Source: Patescibacteria group bacterium
GTDB taxonomy: Bacteria; Patescibacteriota; Patescibacteriia; CAIXNZ01
NCBI GenBank assembly: GCA_028714455.1
Contig: JAQTMG010000001.1
Location: 568 to 64,567 of the forward strand
Direction: 5' to 3'
DNA length: 64,000 nt
The notes beneath the pieces are model-generated. The model searched no databases. It was given only the letters and a program-made list of their open reading frames with translations, and was not told where the DNA came from. Made by a program: the position numbers and the translations under genes. Shown one piece after another: positions 35,395 through 44,578 of this stretch. Numbering within the stretch: the stretch's first letter is position 1; each line of letters opens with the position of its first letter.

Positions 35395-37140
35395 ATGGCT
35401 GACCAAAAAGAGGAAAACGAAGTAAAGGGAATCGAGGAATTGATTTCTGAAAGTAAAAAAAACGCCACCCCAAAAATTTCTGAAAAAAAGGTGGCGGAAG
35501 TGTTTGAAGAGAAAATGGGGAAAATCAGGATTCAAGAACTTGAGGCGGTCGCTCAAAAAGAAGCGGCTTCTCTTGGCTATTCCTACATAAACCTAGTCGG
35601 TTTTCCAATCAACAGTGAATCAATAAACAGTATTCCCAAAGATACGGCGCTTAAACAAAAAGTTGTCTGTTTCGTTAAAACCGATGAGGGGGTGAAAATC
35701 GCTTCCACTAATCCTGCCAACCCCAAACTCAAAGAAATTCTCGACACTCTAATCAAAGACACCTTCACCGGCAAGGGCGAAATTTTTCTTACCTCGGAAA
35801 ATAGCTTGCAGAGTGCCATAAAATTATATGAAAAATTTCCACCAGCCCGAGAATTCGTGGCCGGCGTGCAGATTACCGGGGAAGAGCTAACTGCTCTTAA
35901 AAAAGAGCTCAAAAATTTCGGCATACTCAACGCCCGACTCAACGAAGAAAAAAATATTACTCAAGTTATCAAGATATTGCTGGCCGGCGCCCTGCAGTCA
36001 GAGGCCTCGGACATCCATATCGAAACAGAGGAGAACAAAATAACGATTCGCTACAGAATTGACGGCGTTTTGCACGTTGTCGCCACCATGCCGAAAAAAA
36101 TCTGGGACTTGCTTGATTCTCGAATCAAGACAATCGCCGGCCTGATGATAAACGTTACTGAAAAACCGCAGGACGGGCGCATCACCATGATCATGAAAGA
36201 GACGGGCAATCTCGAAATCCGCGTTTCTACTCTGCCGACCGCCTACGGTGAAAGTATTGTCATGCGTTTATTAAGTTCAAAAATCGCCAGTCTGAAATTT
36301 GAAGATCTGGGCCTGCGCGGCAAATCTTATGAGGATCTAAAAAAACAAGTCGAGCGGCCGACTGGCATGATTATCACGACCGGTCCGACCGGTTCTGGCA
36401 AAACCACCACTCTTTACGCTATCTTGAGCAAGCTAAATAATCCCGAGACAAAAATCATTACGCTCGAAGACCCCATTGAATATAAACTCGAGGGCATTGC
36501 CCAGAGCCAGATCGACCACGATAAAGGCTACTCATTTGCCTCGGGCTTGCGTTCAATCTTAAGACAGGACCCTGACATTATCATGGTTGGCGAGTTGCGC
36601 GACCTGGAGACGTGCGAGGTCGCCGTTCAAGCGGCCCTGACCGGTCACGAAGTTGTCTCCACGTTGCACACCAATGACGCGGCCGGCGCCATTCCCCGCT
36701 TTCTTTCAATGGGCGTTAAACCATATTTATTAGCCCCATCGTTAAACGCCGTCATCGGCCAGCGCCTGGTCAGGAAGATCCATGATAAATGCAAAATAGA
36801 AGCCAAGCCAGAACCCGAACAGCTGGCCAAGATCAAGGAAATTCTGGAAAAACTGCCGCCAAATTCTGGCTACAAAATAGATCTCAATAAATTGAAATTT
36901 TACCGCGGCCAGGGTTGCGATGGATGCAATCACATTGGCCTAAAAGGCAGAATCGGTATTTATGAAATATTCACTCTTAACGCTGACATAGAGAAAGAAA
37001 TACTCGGTGGCAAAACTTCCGAATACAGGATGGCCGAACTCGCCTTTGCCGAGGGCATGATCACCATGGCCCAGGACGGCTTGCTCAAGGCCCTTGACGG
37101 CATCACCACAATCGATGAGGTCTTTAGAGTCGCCGAATAG
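35395..37140 (+). CDS. pilB: type II/IV secretion system ATPase (PilB/GspE family)
   Basis: N-terminal GSPII_E N domain, Walker A TGPTGSGKTTT, Asp/His boxes, tetracysteine CDGCNHIGLKGR. Confidence 0.9.
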   Translation: MADQKEENEVKGIEELISESKKNATPKISEKKVAEVFEEKMGKIRIQELEAVAQKEAASLGYSYINLVGFPINSESINSIPKDTALKQKVVCFVKTDEGVKIASTNPANPKLKEILDTLIKDTFTGKGEIFLTSENSLQSAIKLYEKFPPAREFVAGVQITGEELTALKKELKNFGILNARLNEEKNITQVIKILLAGALQSEASDIHIETEENKITIRYRIDGVLHVVATMPKKIWDLLDSRIKTIAGLMINVTEKPQDGRITMIMKETGNLEIRVSTLPTAYGESIVMRLLSSKIASLKFEDLGLRGKSYEDLKKQVERPTGMIITTGPTGSGKTTTLYAILSKLNNPETKIITLEDPIEYKLEGIAQSQIDHDKGYSFASGLRSILRQDPDIIMVGELRDLETCEVAVQAALTGHEVVSTLHTNDAAGAIPRFLSMGVKPYLLAPSLNAVIGQRLVRKIHDKCKIEAKPEPEQLAKIKEILEKLPPNSGYKIDLNKLKFYRGQGCDGCNHIGLKGRIGIYEIFTLNADIEKEILGGKTSEYRMAELAFAEGMITMAQDGLLKALDGITTIDEVFRVAE

Positions 37141-37141
37141 C

Positions 37142-37170
37142 TTGACATAATACTTAACGCGTGCTAAGAT
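37142..37170 (+). promoter_or_regulatory. promoter TTGACA-N17-TAAGAT
   Basis: Consensus -35, exact spacing; precedes SD GGGAGG and ATG 37200. Confidence 0.5.
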
Positions 37171-37199
37171 TTTTTATCAAGGACAGAGGGAGGTAAAAA

Positions 37200-37391
37200 A
37201 TGACAAAGGCAGTTGCGGAAGATCTGCACGAAAGAAGGGTAAAAAAAATAATCAAAAAAGGAGTAGCCGAGATGAAGGATGGGAAGACAGCCGTCTTCCG
37301 AGTGAGCGAGCTTATCGCGGCCGAAACAAATCATCTCAAGGCGAAAGATGACGCAAGAAGAAGGAAACAAAAAAAAGAAGCTCTTAGCTAA
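37200..37391 (+). CDS. small basic protein (63 aa), hypothetical
   Basis: Strong promoter + SD; perfect palindromic terminator AAGAAGCTCTTAGCTAAGAGCTTCTT at 37370-37398. Confidence 0.5.
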   Translation: MTKAVAEDLHERRVKKIIKKGVAEMKDGKTAVFRVSELIAAETNHLKAKDDARRRKQKKEALS

Positions 37392-38175
37392 GAGCTTCTT
37401 TCTTTATTCTGTTTAATATTTCTTGGTATCTATCTTGAAAATCTTTATATTTTTCTTTTTTAAACTTGGACTGCTTTGCCAACAAATCAATATTGTCAAT
37501 AATCTTCTGGAGCTGGTCCGTAACTTCTTTCTCCACCGATTCCCTGACTTTTTCTAATTCCGTTTCCTCTGTCAGACTTAATTCTTTATGCTCCTTGATT
37601 TTTAGCATAAGATCCTGCATCTTGAGCGCGGCCTCGGAGCTCAAAACAACGGCGATTTTCGGCAGTTCAATTCTGCCCTTAATATCGCTGGCCTGATCTT
37701 CGAAATATTTTAAGCGGCCGAGTTCGCCTCGGCGCAAAAAATTCAGGATATTTTCGCGCTTAGCATTTATCACCTCGTAATCAGTCGAGGTCGTAACGTC
37801 AACGCCCAGATACAGCGGCTTGTCTTTCTCGTCAAGACGCAGAACAAAATCAATGCCATTTTTTATGTCGTCATATTCGCTGGTCGGCAAAACTTCAATC
37901 CCCTCGGCTATCCATTCAGCCTCATAAATTCCCTCCATAATCACTGATTCGCCGACAATGGCCGTCTCGCCTCGGGCCGCAAATTTCTCCTTAAGCTTTT
38001 CAATCTCCTCGGAATCAGCCGCGATTTCCTTGGCCGGATAAACATCAGAGAAATTTTTTATCTTGGGTTTTAATTTGTTCCATTCCGCCTGAATTTTTTC
38101 TAAAAAATCAGGGTTGTTGCTCGCACCTTCTTTTCGATTTATTTCACCGATGGCTATTTCCTCTATATTTTTCAT
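37384..38175 (-). CDS. hypothetical protein (263 aa), acidic/coiled-coil
   Basis: ORF with typical codon usage; no family recognised. Confidence 0.55.
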   Translation of the reverse strand: MKNIEEIAIGEINRKEGASNNPDFLEKIQAEWNKLKPKIKNFSDVYPAKEIAADSEEIEKLKEKFAARGETAIVGESVIMEGIYEAEWIAEGIEVLPTSEYDDIKNGIDFVLRLDEKDKPLYLGVDVTTSTDYEVINAKRENILNFLRRGELGRLKYFEDQASDIKGRIELPKIAVVLSSEAALKMQDLMLKIKEHKELSLTEETELEKVRESVEKEVTDQLQKIIDNIDLLAKQSKFKKEKYKDFQDRYQEILNRIKKEALS

Positions 38176-38227
38176 ATCATTTTATAGAATAATTTATAAT
38201 TAATCATAGCATTTTTTTAGCCAAAAG

Positions 38228-38668
38228 TCAATGCCTAACTACTAAAAATTCTCTGCCGTTTCTTGTCGTTTTTATTTTTAGCCAGATAACTTTTTTAAAT
38301 TTTTTTAAATAATTTTTAATCTTATCCGCCCATTCAATCACCACGACGCTATTTGGGTTATTTAAATATTCTTCAAGCCCTAAATAAAATAATTCCTGCG
38401 GCTCATCAAGCCGATAACAATCTACGTGAATTAAGGCTCTGAGCCCCGAGCTCTGAGCCCCGAGCTCGTATACCTTCATCAAAACAAAAGTCGGGCTGGT
38501 GATGTGTTTTTTAATTCCAAACGCATGACCAAGAGCTTGCGCAAAAGTCGTCTTGCCCGCGCCCAAATCGCCTTCCAGCGCCAAAATCTCCCCGCCCTTC
38601 AACTTTTCGGCAATCTTGGCGGCGATCTTGGTAGTATCTTGTTCTGATTTTGAAATGATTGTTTTCAT
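38228..38668 (-). CDS. tsaE: tRNA t6A biosynthesis ATPase TsaE
   Basis: P-loop GDLGAGKTTFAQ, SPTFVLMKVYE...HVDCYRL; contains in-frame heptamer array (ELGAQSSGLRAL). Confidence 0.85.
   Translation of the reverse strand: MKTIISKSEQDTTKIAAKIAEKLKGGEILALEGDLGAGKTTFAQALGHAFGIKKHITSPTFVLMKVYELGAQSSGLRALIHVDCYRLDEPQELFYLGLEEYLNNPNSVVVIEWADKIKNYLKKFKKVIWLKIKTTRNGREFLVVRH
38435..38467. repeat. heptamer array inside tsaE coding sequence (GGCTCTG AGCCCCG AGCTCTG AGCCCCG AGCTCGT)
   Basis: Same RAGCYCN family; encodes a short insertion relative to canonical TsaE. Confidence 0.55.
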
Positions 38669-38696
38669 AATAGTTCATGAGAAAGAGGGGATGATG

Positions 38697-38803
38697 GGCG
38701 AAAAAAGCCTTTGTCTCGTACTGTCATCCTGAGCATAGTCGAAGGATCCATAACATCATGGATTCCTCTCTGCGCTCGGAATGACAAAGGCTTTTTTCGC
38801 CCT
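38697..38803. repeat. 107-bp intercistronic hairpin element with perfect 20-bp inverted arms GGGCGAAAAAAGCCTTTGTC
   Basis: Arms 38697-38716 and 38784-38803 are exact reverse complements; 67-nt spacer is itself near-palindromic; lies between tsaD and tsaE (same strand). Confidence 0.6.
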
Positions 38804-38956
38804 ACCAAAATTCTCAATTCTATATTCTATGTCTATATTCTAAGATTCCAAATAACAAACAAATAGTAATTTCCAAGCACTAAATTATAAACGCGTTTAT
38901 TATTTATAATTTATTATTTTGAATTTGTTTGGGTTTTGGTGCTTGCGATTTGGTCA

Positions 38957-39997
38957 TTATAGTTCTAGATTTGGTTCCACTTTAATCGTTTTCCACGCCT
39001 CATAAAAATTCTTCGGTTTATCTTTATATTCGAAGTAAGCGGAAATGGCCACCATCAAGGCATTGTCAGTTGTCATATTTAATTCTGGTTGAAAAAATTT
39101 TACGCCTTTTAATTCCAAATCAATCTTTTCTGCCAATTGTTTTCTTAATTCCTTGTTCGCTGCCACACCACCGCCCAACAAAATAGATTTGACCCCATAT
39201 TTTTTAGCGGCCTCAATTGTTTTTTTCACTAAAACATCGACGCAGGCCTGCTGAAAAGACGCGCACATTTTTCTCACATTTTCTTTGTCTTTGAATTGCT
39301 CCCACTCCCACTCATTTTTCACAGCCGTTTTTAAACCAGAAAAAGAAAAATCAAAATCGCCCGAGTTAATCATGGGTCTAGGCAGCTTATAAAATTCTTT
39401 GTCTGCATTTTCTGCTTTTTCTGAAATAATTGGACCGCCTGGATAACCAAGCCCTAAAATTTTCGCCACCTTATCAAAGGCCTCACCCACCGCGTCATCT
39501 CTTGTCTGACCAACTGTTTTAAAATTATTTTCATCTTTCATGGAAACTAACATGGTGTGCCCGCCCGAAACAACCAGGCACATAGCTGGATATTTTATTT
39601 TAACTAAACTACCCGATTCGCCCTCAACCAAATTTGCCAAAATATGCGCCTTCATATGATCAACCGGAATCAGGGGCTTTTGCCAAACCAAAGATAGGGT
39701 TTTGGCAGTTTCAATGCCGACAATCAATGAAGTAATTAAACCCGGACCATAAACCACGCCAATGGCCTCAATATCTTTTGGACTAACTTTTGCCTTGACC
39801 ATGGCTTTTTCCAAAAGTGGCAAAAGATTATCCAGATGTTTTCTGGCTGCGATTTCCGGCACCACCCCGCCATATTTTTTAAATATGTTGACTTGCGAAG
39901 AAACTAAATTCGCCAAAACTCTAAACTTATCGCCTTTAATTTCTAATAAAGCGACTCCGGTCTCGTCACATGAACTTTCAATGCCTAAAATTAACAT
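38957..39997 (-). CDS. tsaD: tRNA N6-adenosine threonylcarbamoyltransferase TsaD
   Basis: MLILGIESSCDETGVALLE..., HxxGH-like metal site, Kae1/Gcp fold. Confidence 0.95.
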   Translation of the reverse strand: MLILGIESSCDETGVALLEIKGDKFRVLANLVSSQVNIFKKYGGVVPEIAARKHLDNLLPLLEKAMVKAKVSPKDIEAIGVVYGPGLITSLIVGIETAKTLSLVWQKPLIPVDHMKAHILANLVEGESGSLVKIKYPAMCLVVSGGHTMLVSMKDENNFKTVGQTRDDAVGEAFDKVAKILGLGYPGGPIISEKAENADKEFYKLPRPMINSGDFDFSFSGLKTAVKNEWEWEQFKDKENVRKMCASFQQACVDVLVKKTIEAAKKYGVKSILLGGGVAANKELRKQLAEKIDLELKGVKFFQPELNMTTDNALMVAISAYFEYKDKPKNFYEAWKTIKVEPNLEL

Positions 39998-40145
39998 AAT
40001 TGGTTTATTGGTATATTTGTTTATTAGTTAAATGGTATCGTTAAAATGCTATTTTTTCAAGATTGCGGAAAGAGTGAAATCAAGGTAGAATTAAATTACG
40101 AAACATTAAGACGTTCATTTCTACTTTAAATATTATGATAATAGA

Positions 40146-40610
40146 ATGGAACATATCTCTAAAAAAACGACGCAGAATATTAGTGATGCCTTGAGAGAAA
40201 TTGGCGAACTTTCAAGTGTATTCTATTTATACTATTATTTTAACGACAAAGGCTGGTCAGTATACAGAAATTATGACGAGAAGGGTTATGATATATTGTT
40301 GTTTAATGAAAAAACGGGCGAAAAAAGAAAGATAGAAGTAAAGACCAGGCAAAGACTAATCAGCTCTGCAAGTAACAAAAATAAAAATACACATTTTACT
40401 TTAACAGAATTGGAAAAAAATGAAGCAGATTTTTTAATAGGATTCTGGTTTGAATACAATATGTTTTTCATAGTTCCAACTTCAAAATTAATGGAAACCA
40501 AATCAAATGACAAAAAACTATATAAATTCATAGTATCACTTGATAAAGATAATAAACCCGATGAAAACTCCGGGAAATATCTGGGTAATTGGGGGGATGT
40601 AATAAAATAA
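40146..40610 (+). CDS. hypothetical protein, possible PD-(D/E)xK nuclease fold; very AT-rich
   Basis: GYDILLFNEKTGEKRKIEVKTRQ fits D...E.K pattern; weak. Confidence 0.5.
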   Translation: MEHISKKTTQNISDALREIGELSSVFYLYYYFNDKGWSVYRNYDEKGYDILLFNEKTGEKRKIEVKTRQRLISSASNKNKNTHFTLTELEKNEADFLIGFWFEYNMFFIVPTSKLMETKSNDKKLYKFIVSLDKDNKPDENSGKYLGNWGDVIK

Positions 40611-40615
40611 TAAAT

Positions 40616-41095
40616 ATGGATGATGAAAATTTTATGGAAGAAGCGCTCAAAGAGGCAAAAGTCGCTTTGAGCGAAGGTAACTGGCCGATAGGCTGTGTTA
40701 TTGTGCTTGATGGTAAAATTATCTCTCGTGCGCATAATCAAGTTTATTCAAAAAAAGATAAGTTGGCTCATGCAGAAATGATCGCGCTCCAGCAGGTCAA
40801 GGAAATTTTACACGAAAATAAAGGTAAAGCGATTTTGTACACAACCTATGAACCATGCCCGATGTGTTTTGGCGCTTCGGTTTTAAACAGGATAAAAAAA
40901 GTTGTTTGCGGAATTGATTTAGATAATAGCGGCGCCATGTATTTTCGAGATAATCTTCCGCTTCTTTTCAAACAAGAAAAATTTTCATTAGAATTTAAGA
41001 CCGGCGTTCTTGCGAAAAAGTGTCATGAAGTTTTTATTCAAGGCGAGCCTACTAAAAAATTAATTGCGAATGATTTAATCAAAAAAGTTTTATGA
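40616..41095 (+). CDS. tadA: tRNA-specific adenosine deaminase (CDA family)
   Basis: HAEMIAL and PCPMC zinc-binding motifs; start at ATG 40616 (ORF-track upstream extension rejected). Confidence 0.85.
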   Translation: MDDENFMEEALKEAKVALSEGNWPIGCVIVLDGKIISRAHNQVYSKKDKLAHAEMIALQQVKEILHENKGKAILYTTYEPCPMCFGASVLNRIKKVVCGIDLDNSGAMYFRDNLPLLFKQEKFSLEFKTGVLAKKCHEVFIQGEPTKKLIANDLIKKVL

Positions 41096-42366
41096 ACAAA
41101 AATTCAAATTCAAACGGCCAAAATTTTTCTGGCCTCGGAATCGCACCTGCTTTACTAGATACAATCGCCAGATTAAATTTTAAAACTCCCACACCAATAC
41201 AACGCCAGGCCATCCCAATCGCCTTGCAAGGAAAGGATTTGGTTGGCGTGGCACAGACAGGCACGGGCAAAACCATGGCCTTTGGTCTACCAATGATTCA
41301 GCGCTTGCAACAAGTGAGCGGCCAGGGATTAATTGTTTTACCTACTCGAGAACTAGCAGCCCAAGTTGATGAGGCCTTGCGTAAAGTTGGCGGCAGGGCG
41401 GGCTTACGCACAGCACTCTTAATCGGCGGCGCTTCAATTTATATTCAAATCCAGACGCTTAAACGCCAACCTCACATCATTATTGCCACGCCAGGCCGTC
41501 TCAATGATCATCTTCAGCAAAAAACTCTGTCGCTTAAAAATGTTAAAATTGTTGTCCTTGATGAAGCCGACCGCATGCTGGATATGGGCTTTGCGCCGCA
41601 GATAAAAAAAATCTTTCAAGAACTGCCTGCCCAAAGACAAACCATGCTTTTTTCCGCCACCATTCCGCCGGAAATTATGAAAATGGCCACCAATTACATG
41701 AAACTGCCCATCAGAATAGAAGTCGCGCCAACCGGCTCAATTGCCGAACACTTAACTCAAGAAATTTTTATTATTCCCAAACCCGATAAGACTCGCTTGG
41801 TGGATAAACTTTTACAGCAATATCTTGGCCCCACACTTATTTTTACCAGGACAAAATATGGCGCCAGGAAATTAACACGAGCCATTCGCGACATGGGCCA
41901 TGCGGCAGCCGAGATTCATTCTGACCGCACTCTTTTTCAGCGCAAAGACGCACTGGCTGGATTTAAGTCTGGCAAATATCGTGTTTTAGTCGCCACTGAC
42001 ATTGCTTCGCGCGGCATTGATGTCAGTAATATTGAACTGGTAATTAATTATGATTTACCAACTAATACCGAAGATTATGTTCATCGCATTGGTCGCACAG
42101 CTAGAGCCGGGGTGAGCGGGCATGCTATTTCTTTAGCGACCCCAGACCAGCGCAAAGAATTGCACGCCATTGAACGACTAATCAAAAAAAATATACCAAT
42201 CTCCCCCGTACCAATTCTTCCTCCAGTGCGACAACCTAAATTCAAACCAATCAGCCAGCCAAGTCCTGAAAAATGGGCGCGGCCACAGGGCTCGAATTTC
42301 GCCCGTCCCAGACGCCCATTTCGCCATCAGAGGCAGAGAAATAGACAAAGACAAAATTTTCGATAA
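41092..42366 (+). CDS. DEAD-box ATP-dependent RNA helicase
   Basis: Q motif, AQTGTGKT, DEAD (VLDEADRMLDMGF), SAT, HRIGRTAR; basic C-terminal tail. Confidence 0.9.
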   Translation: MNKNSNSNGQNFSGLGIAPALLDTIARLNFKTPTPIQRQAIPIALQGKDLVGVAQTGTGKTMAFGLPMIQRLQQVSGQGLIVLPTRELAAQVDEALRKVGGRAGLRTALLIGGASIYIQIQTLKRQPHIIIATPGRLNDHLQQKTLSLKNVKIVVLDEADRMLDMGFAPQIKKIFQELPAQRQTMLFSATIPPEIMKMATNYMKLPIRIEVAPTGSIAEHLTQEIFIIPKPDKTRLVDKLLQQYLGPTLIFTRTKYGARKLTRAIRDMGHAAAEIHSDRTLFQRKDALAGFKSGKYRVLVATDIASRGIDVSNIELVINYDLPTNTEDYVHRIGRTARAGVSGHAISLATPDQRKELHAIERLIKKNIPISPVPILPPVRQPKFKPISQPSPEKWARPQGSNFARPRRPFRHQRQRNRQRQNFR

Positions 42367-42381
42367 ATAAAATTAAAATTT

Positions 42382-43227
42382 ATGTCCAAACCAGAAAAAA
42401 TTAAATCAGCACTAAATCAGCCCGAGGGCCTGGAAATGTATTTTGCGCCTGAAGTGGCGAAAAAGTTTGCCGAATTGGAACAAAATGAAAAAAATTTCAG
42501 AGTCGCGCAAATCGTAGACAAAATCTTGATGACAGAAACTGCTGAAATGAAGAATCCTCTTCGTGCCGTTGAGCTTGGCGCCGGCGCCCATCCTGACAGA
42601 TATGATGAATTTTTCAAAAAATTACTTTCAGAACCAAAAGGCCAAATTGATTGGGTTGATGTCTCCCCCCATATGCTAGACCTGGCTAAAAAATATATTG
42701 GTAATGAAAAATACAAAGATAGAAATGAAGTGGTTAAATTTATTCAGAGTGATGTCTTTGAGTATCTGCGCAATTTGAAAGACGATGAACTTGACCTGGC
42801 GATTATAAAATATACTCTGGATTATCTCAAAGATCTTAAATCGTTATTTGAACTATTGGCTAAAAAATTAAAACAAGGCGGCAAGCTCGTGGCCACGGTC
42901 GGTAAACTAAATCCTGAACTTAAAAGTTTCTCAACCAATGCCAGATATTTATATAATGGCAGACAATTTCCAGATGACGAGATGCGGATTCTAAAAGACG
43001 GCGATACTTACACAGTCAAATTTTTTAAAGTCTCGGGCGACCCAAAATCAGGTTATCTGGAAGGCGCCGAAGCACTTGAATATTTTCACTCGGCAGAAAA
43101 AATAAAAGAATATGCTGAAAATGCGGGTCTTGAAATATTTCTTGGAGATTGGAAGGATTTTGTCGATAAAAATAAACAGGGCAGTGAAAAAATGGATCAA
43201 GATATATTGGTGCTGACGAAAAAATAA
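42382..43227 (+). CDS. class I SAM-dependent methyltransferase
   Basis: Motif I VELGAGAHPDR; acidic motif II. Confidence 0.65.
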   Translation: MSKPEKIKSALNQPEGLEMYFAPEVAKKFAELEQNEKNFRVAQIVDKILMTETAEMKNPLRAVELGAGAHPDRYDEFFKKLLSEPKGQIDWVDVSPHMLDLAKKYIGNEKYKDRNEVVKFIQSDVFEYLRNLKDDELDLAIIKYTLDYLKDLKSLFELLAKKLKQGGKLVATVGKLNPELKSFSTNARYLYNGRQFPDDEMRILKDGDTYTVKFFKVSGDPKSGYLEGAEALEYFHSAEKIKEYAENAGLEIFLGDWKDFVDKNKQGSEKMDQDILVLTKK

Positions 43228-43487
43228 AAAGGGCTTTTAAACAAGCCCTCAATTATCAGTGGCGTGGACCCATATATCTCCAGGTCTGGAATGAACCTTT
43301 GGAGAAACGGCGCTAGCGTAAATAACCAGATGGTTAATTTATCTTTGCGCCAACCCTGTCTTATGACGGGCGCCGACATTCCTTGCTATGGAATCTAAAC
43401 CACTGACAAAATTAACTTACCAAAGACTCATTAAACTGTCAAGAATAAAAAAGTCCTTTGATATTATCGCGGGACTTGGGCGGCTTA

Positions 43488-43628
43488 GGGCCGATAGAGA
43501 CCGGCCGTGAGCAAATAGGTATAATCGCACAGAACGGACTGCCACAGCGGCCTTGGCCAATGAGACCCGAAAGAGGTTATTGATGGAGCCGTCGCAAAAC
43601 CCTTGAACCGTTGCCACAGTTTTTTCAT
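43488..43628 (-). CDS. small ORF (46 aa, Trp-rich) in GC-rich non-coding block
   Basis: Strong SD aaaggaggacttttcATG; terminator agtcc-N15-ggact + T-run downstream (minus strand); not in ORF track. Confidence 0.3.
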
Positions 43629-43995
43629 GAAAAGTCCTCCTTTACTTTGTTGATGTTAATATATTGAAATTAATTCGATAAGTCAAGCTTGACTTTTGTT
43701 ATATTTTAGCTTATTATAATAGTAATCCCGAAAGGGATTTTGTTTTTTGAGAATAGGTATTAGGTAATAGTTATTAGGAAATGGAATAAATTTCTTATCG
43801 CCAATACCTATTGCCAAATACCCAATATCCAGCACACCGCCTTCGTCCCGAACTATATCTCGCTTTGCTCAATAAGTTCGGGATAAATCTAATGGTTAGC
43901 CATAGTCCGCCGAAGCACGAAGTGCGAAGGCGGAGACACCGCGCTTTTCCGCCAGAGGCGGACCCGCCTACGGCGGGCAATGCGGTTAAATAAAT

Positions 43996-44250
43996 ATGTA
44001 TTATTTATATATTTTAAAAAGTTTAAAAGACGAAGGATATTATATTGGAATTACAGATAGCACCCTAGATCGACTCAAGGAACATAATCAGGGCAAGGTA
44101 AGATCGACAAAAAGTCGCAGACCATTTATCCTAAAATATTCTGAAAATTATAATACAAAAACTGAAGCAAGAGAAAGAGAGATTCAGCTGAAAAGAAACT
44201 GCAAAATCCGCAAAGAACTTTTACTAAAACTGAAATTTAGTGTTAAATAA
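43996..44250 (+). CDS. GIY-YIG nuclease family protein (84 aa)
   Basis: MYYLYILKSLKDEGYYIGITDSTLDRLKEHNQG — GIY-YIG motif. Confidence 0.8.
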   Translation: MYYLYILKSLKDEGYYIGITDSTLDRLKEHNQGKVRSTKSRRPFILKYSENYNTKTEAREREIQLKRNCKIRKELLLKLKFSVK

Positions 44251-44257
44251 ATATCAC

Positions 44258-44329
44258 GCCGCCATCGTCTAATGGTTAGGACACCGCGCTTTCAATGCGG
44301 TAATCGGGGTTCGATTCCCCGTGGCGGTA
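44258..44329 (+). tRNA. tRNA-Glu (anticodon UUC), no CCA
   Basis: Acceptor GCCGCCA/TGGCGGT (G1.U72), D-arm GTCT-AATGGTTA-GGAC, anticodon arm CCGCG-CTTTCAA-TGCGG, T-arm CGGGG-TTCGATT-CCCCG. Confidence 0.8.
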
Positions 44330-44578
44330 CTTGTCCACAGTTGTCATTCTTTCAGTTGAATTTTTCCCCCGAAAAATTCTAACATCATTTGCCAGGCAGT
44401 ACTATTAAAAACCCCGCGACTATCTCGCGGGTTTTTTATTCTTGACAAAATTAAAAAATTTTGTTAAAATAATCTATCGTTCATTGATAAAAAAGACTGT
44501 TTAAACAGTTTTAATAAATATAAATAAAAGATTTTGTGATGGGTGCCAAAACGCATTCCTAGCCATAAGGAGGAACTG

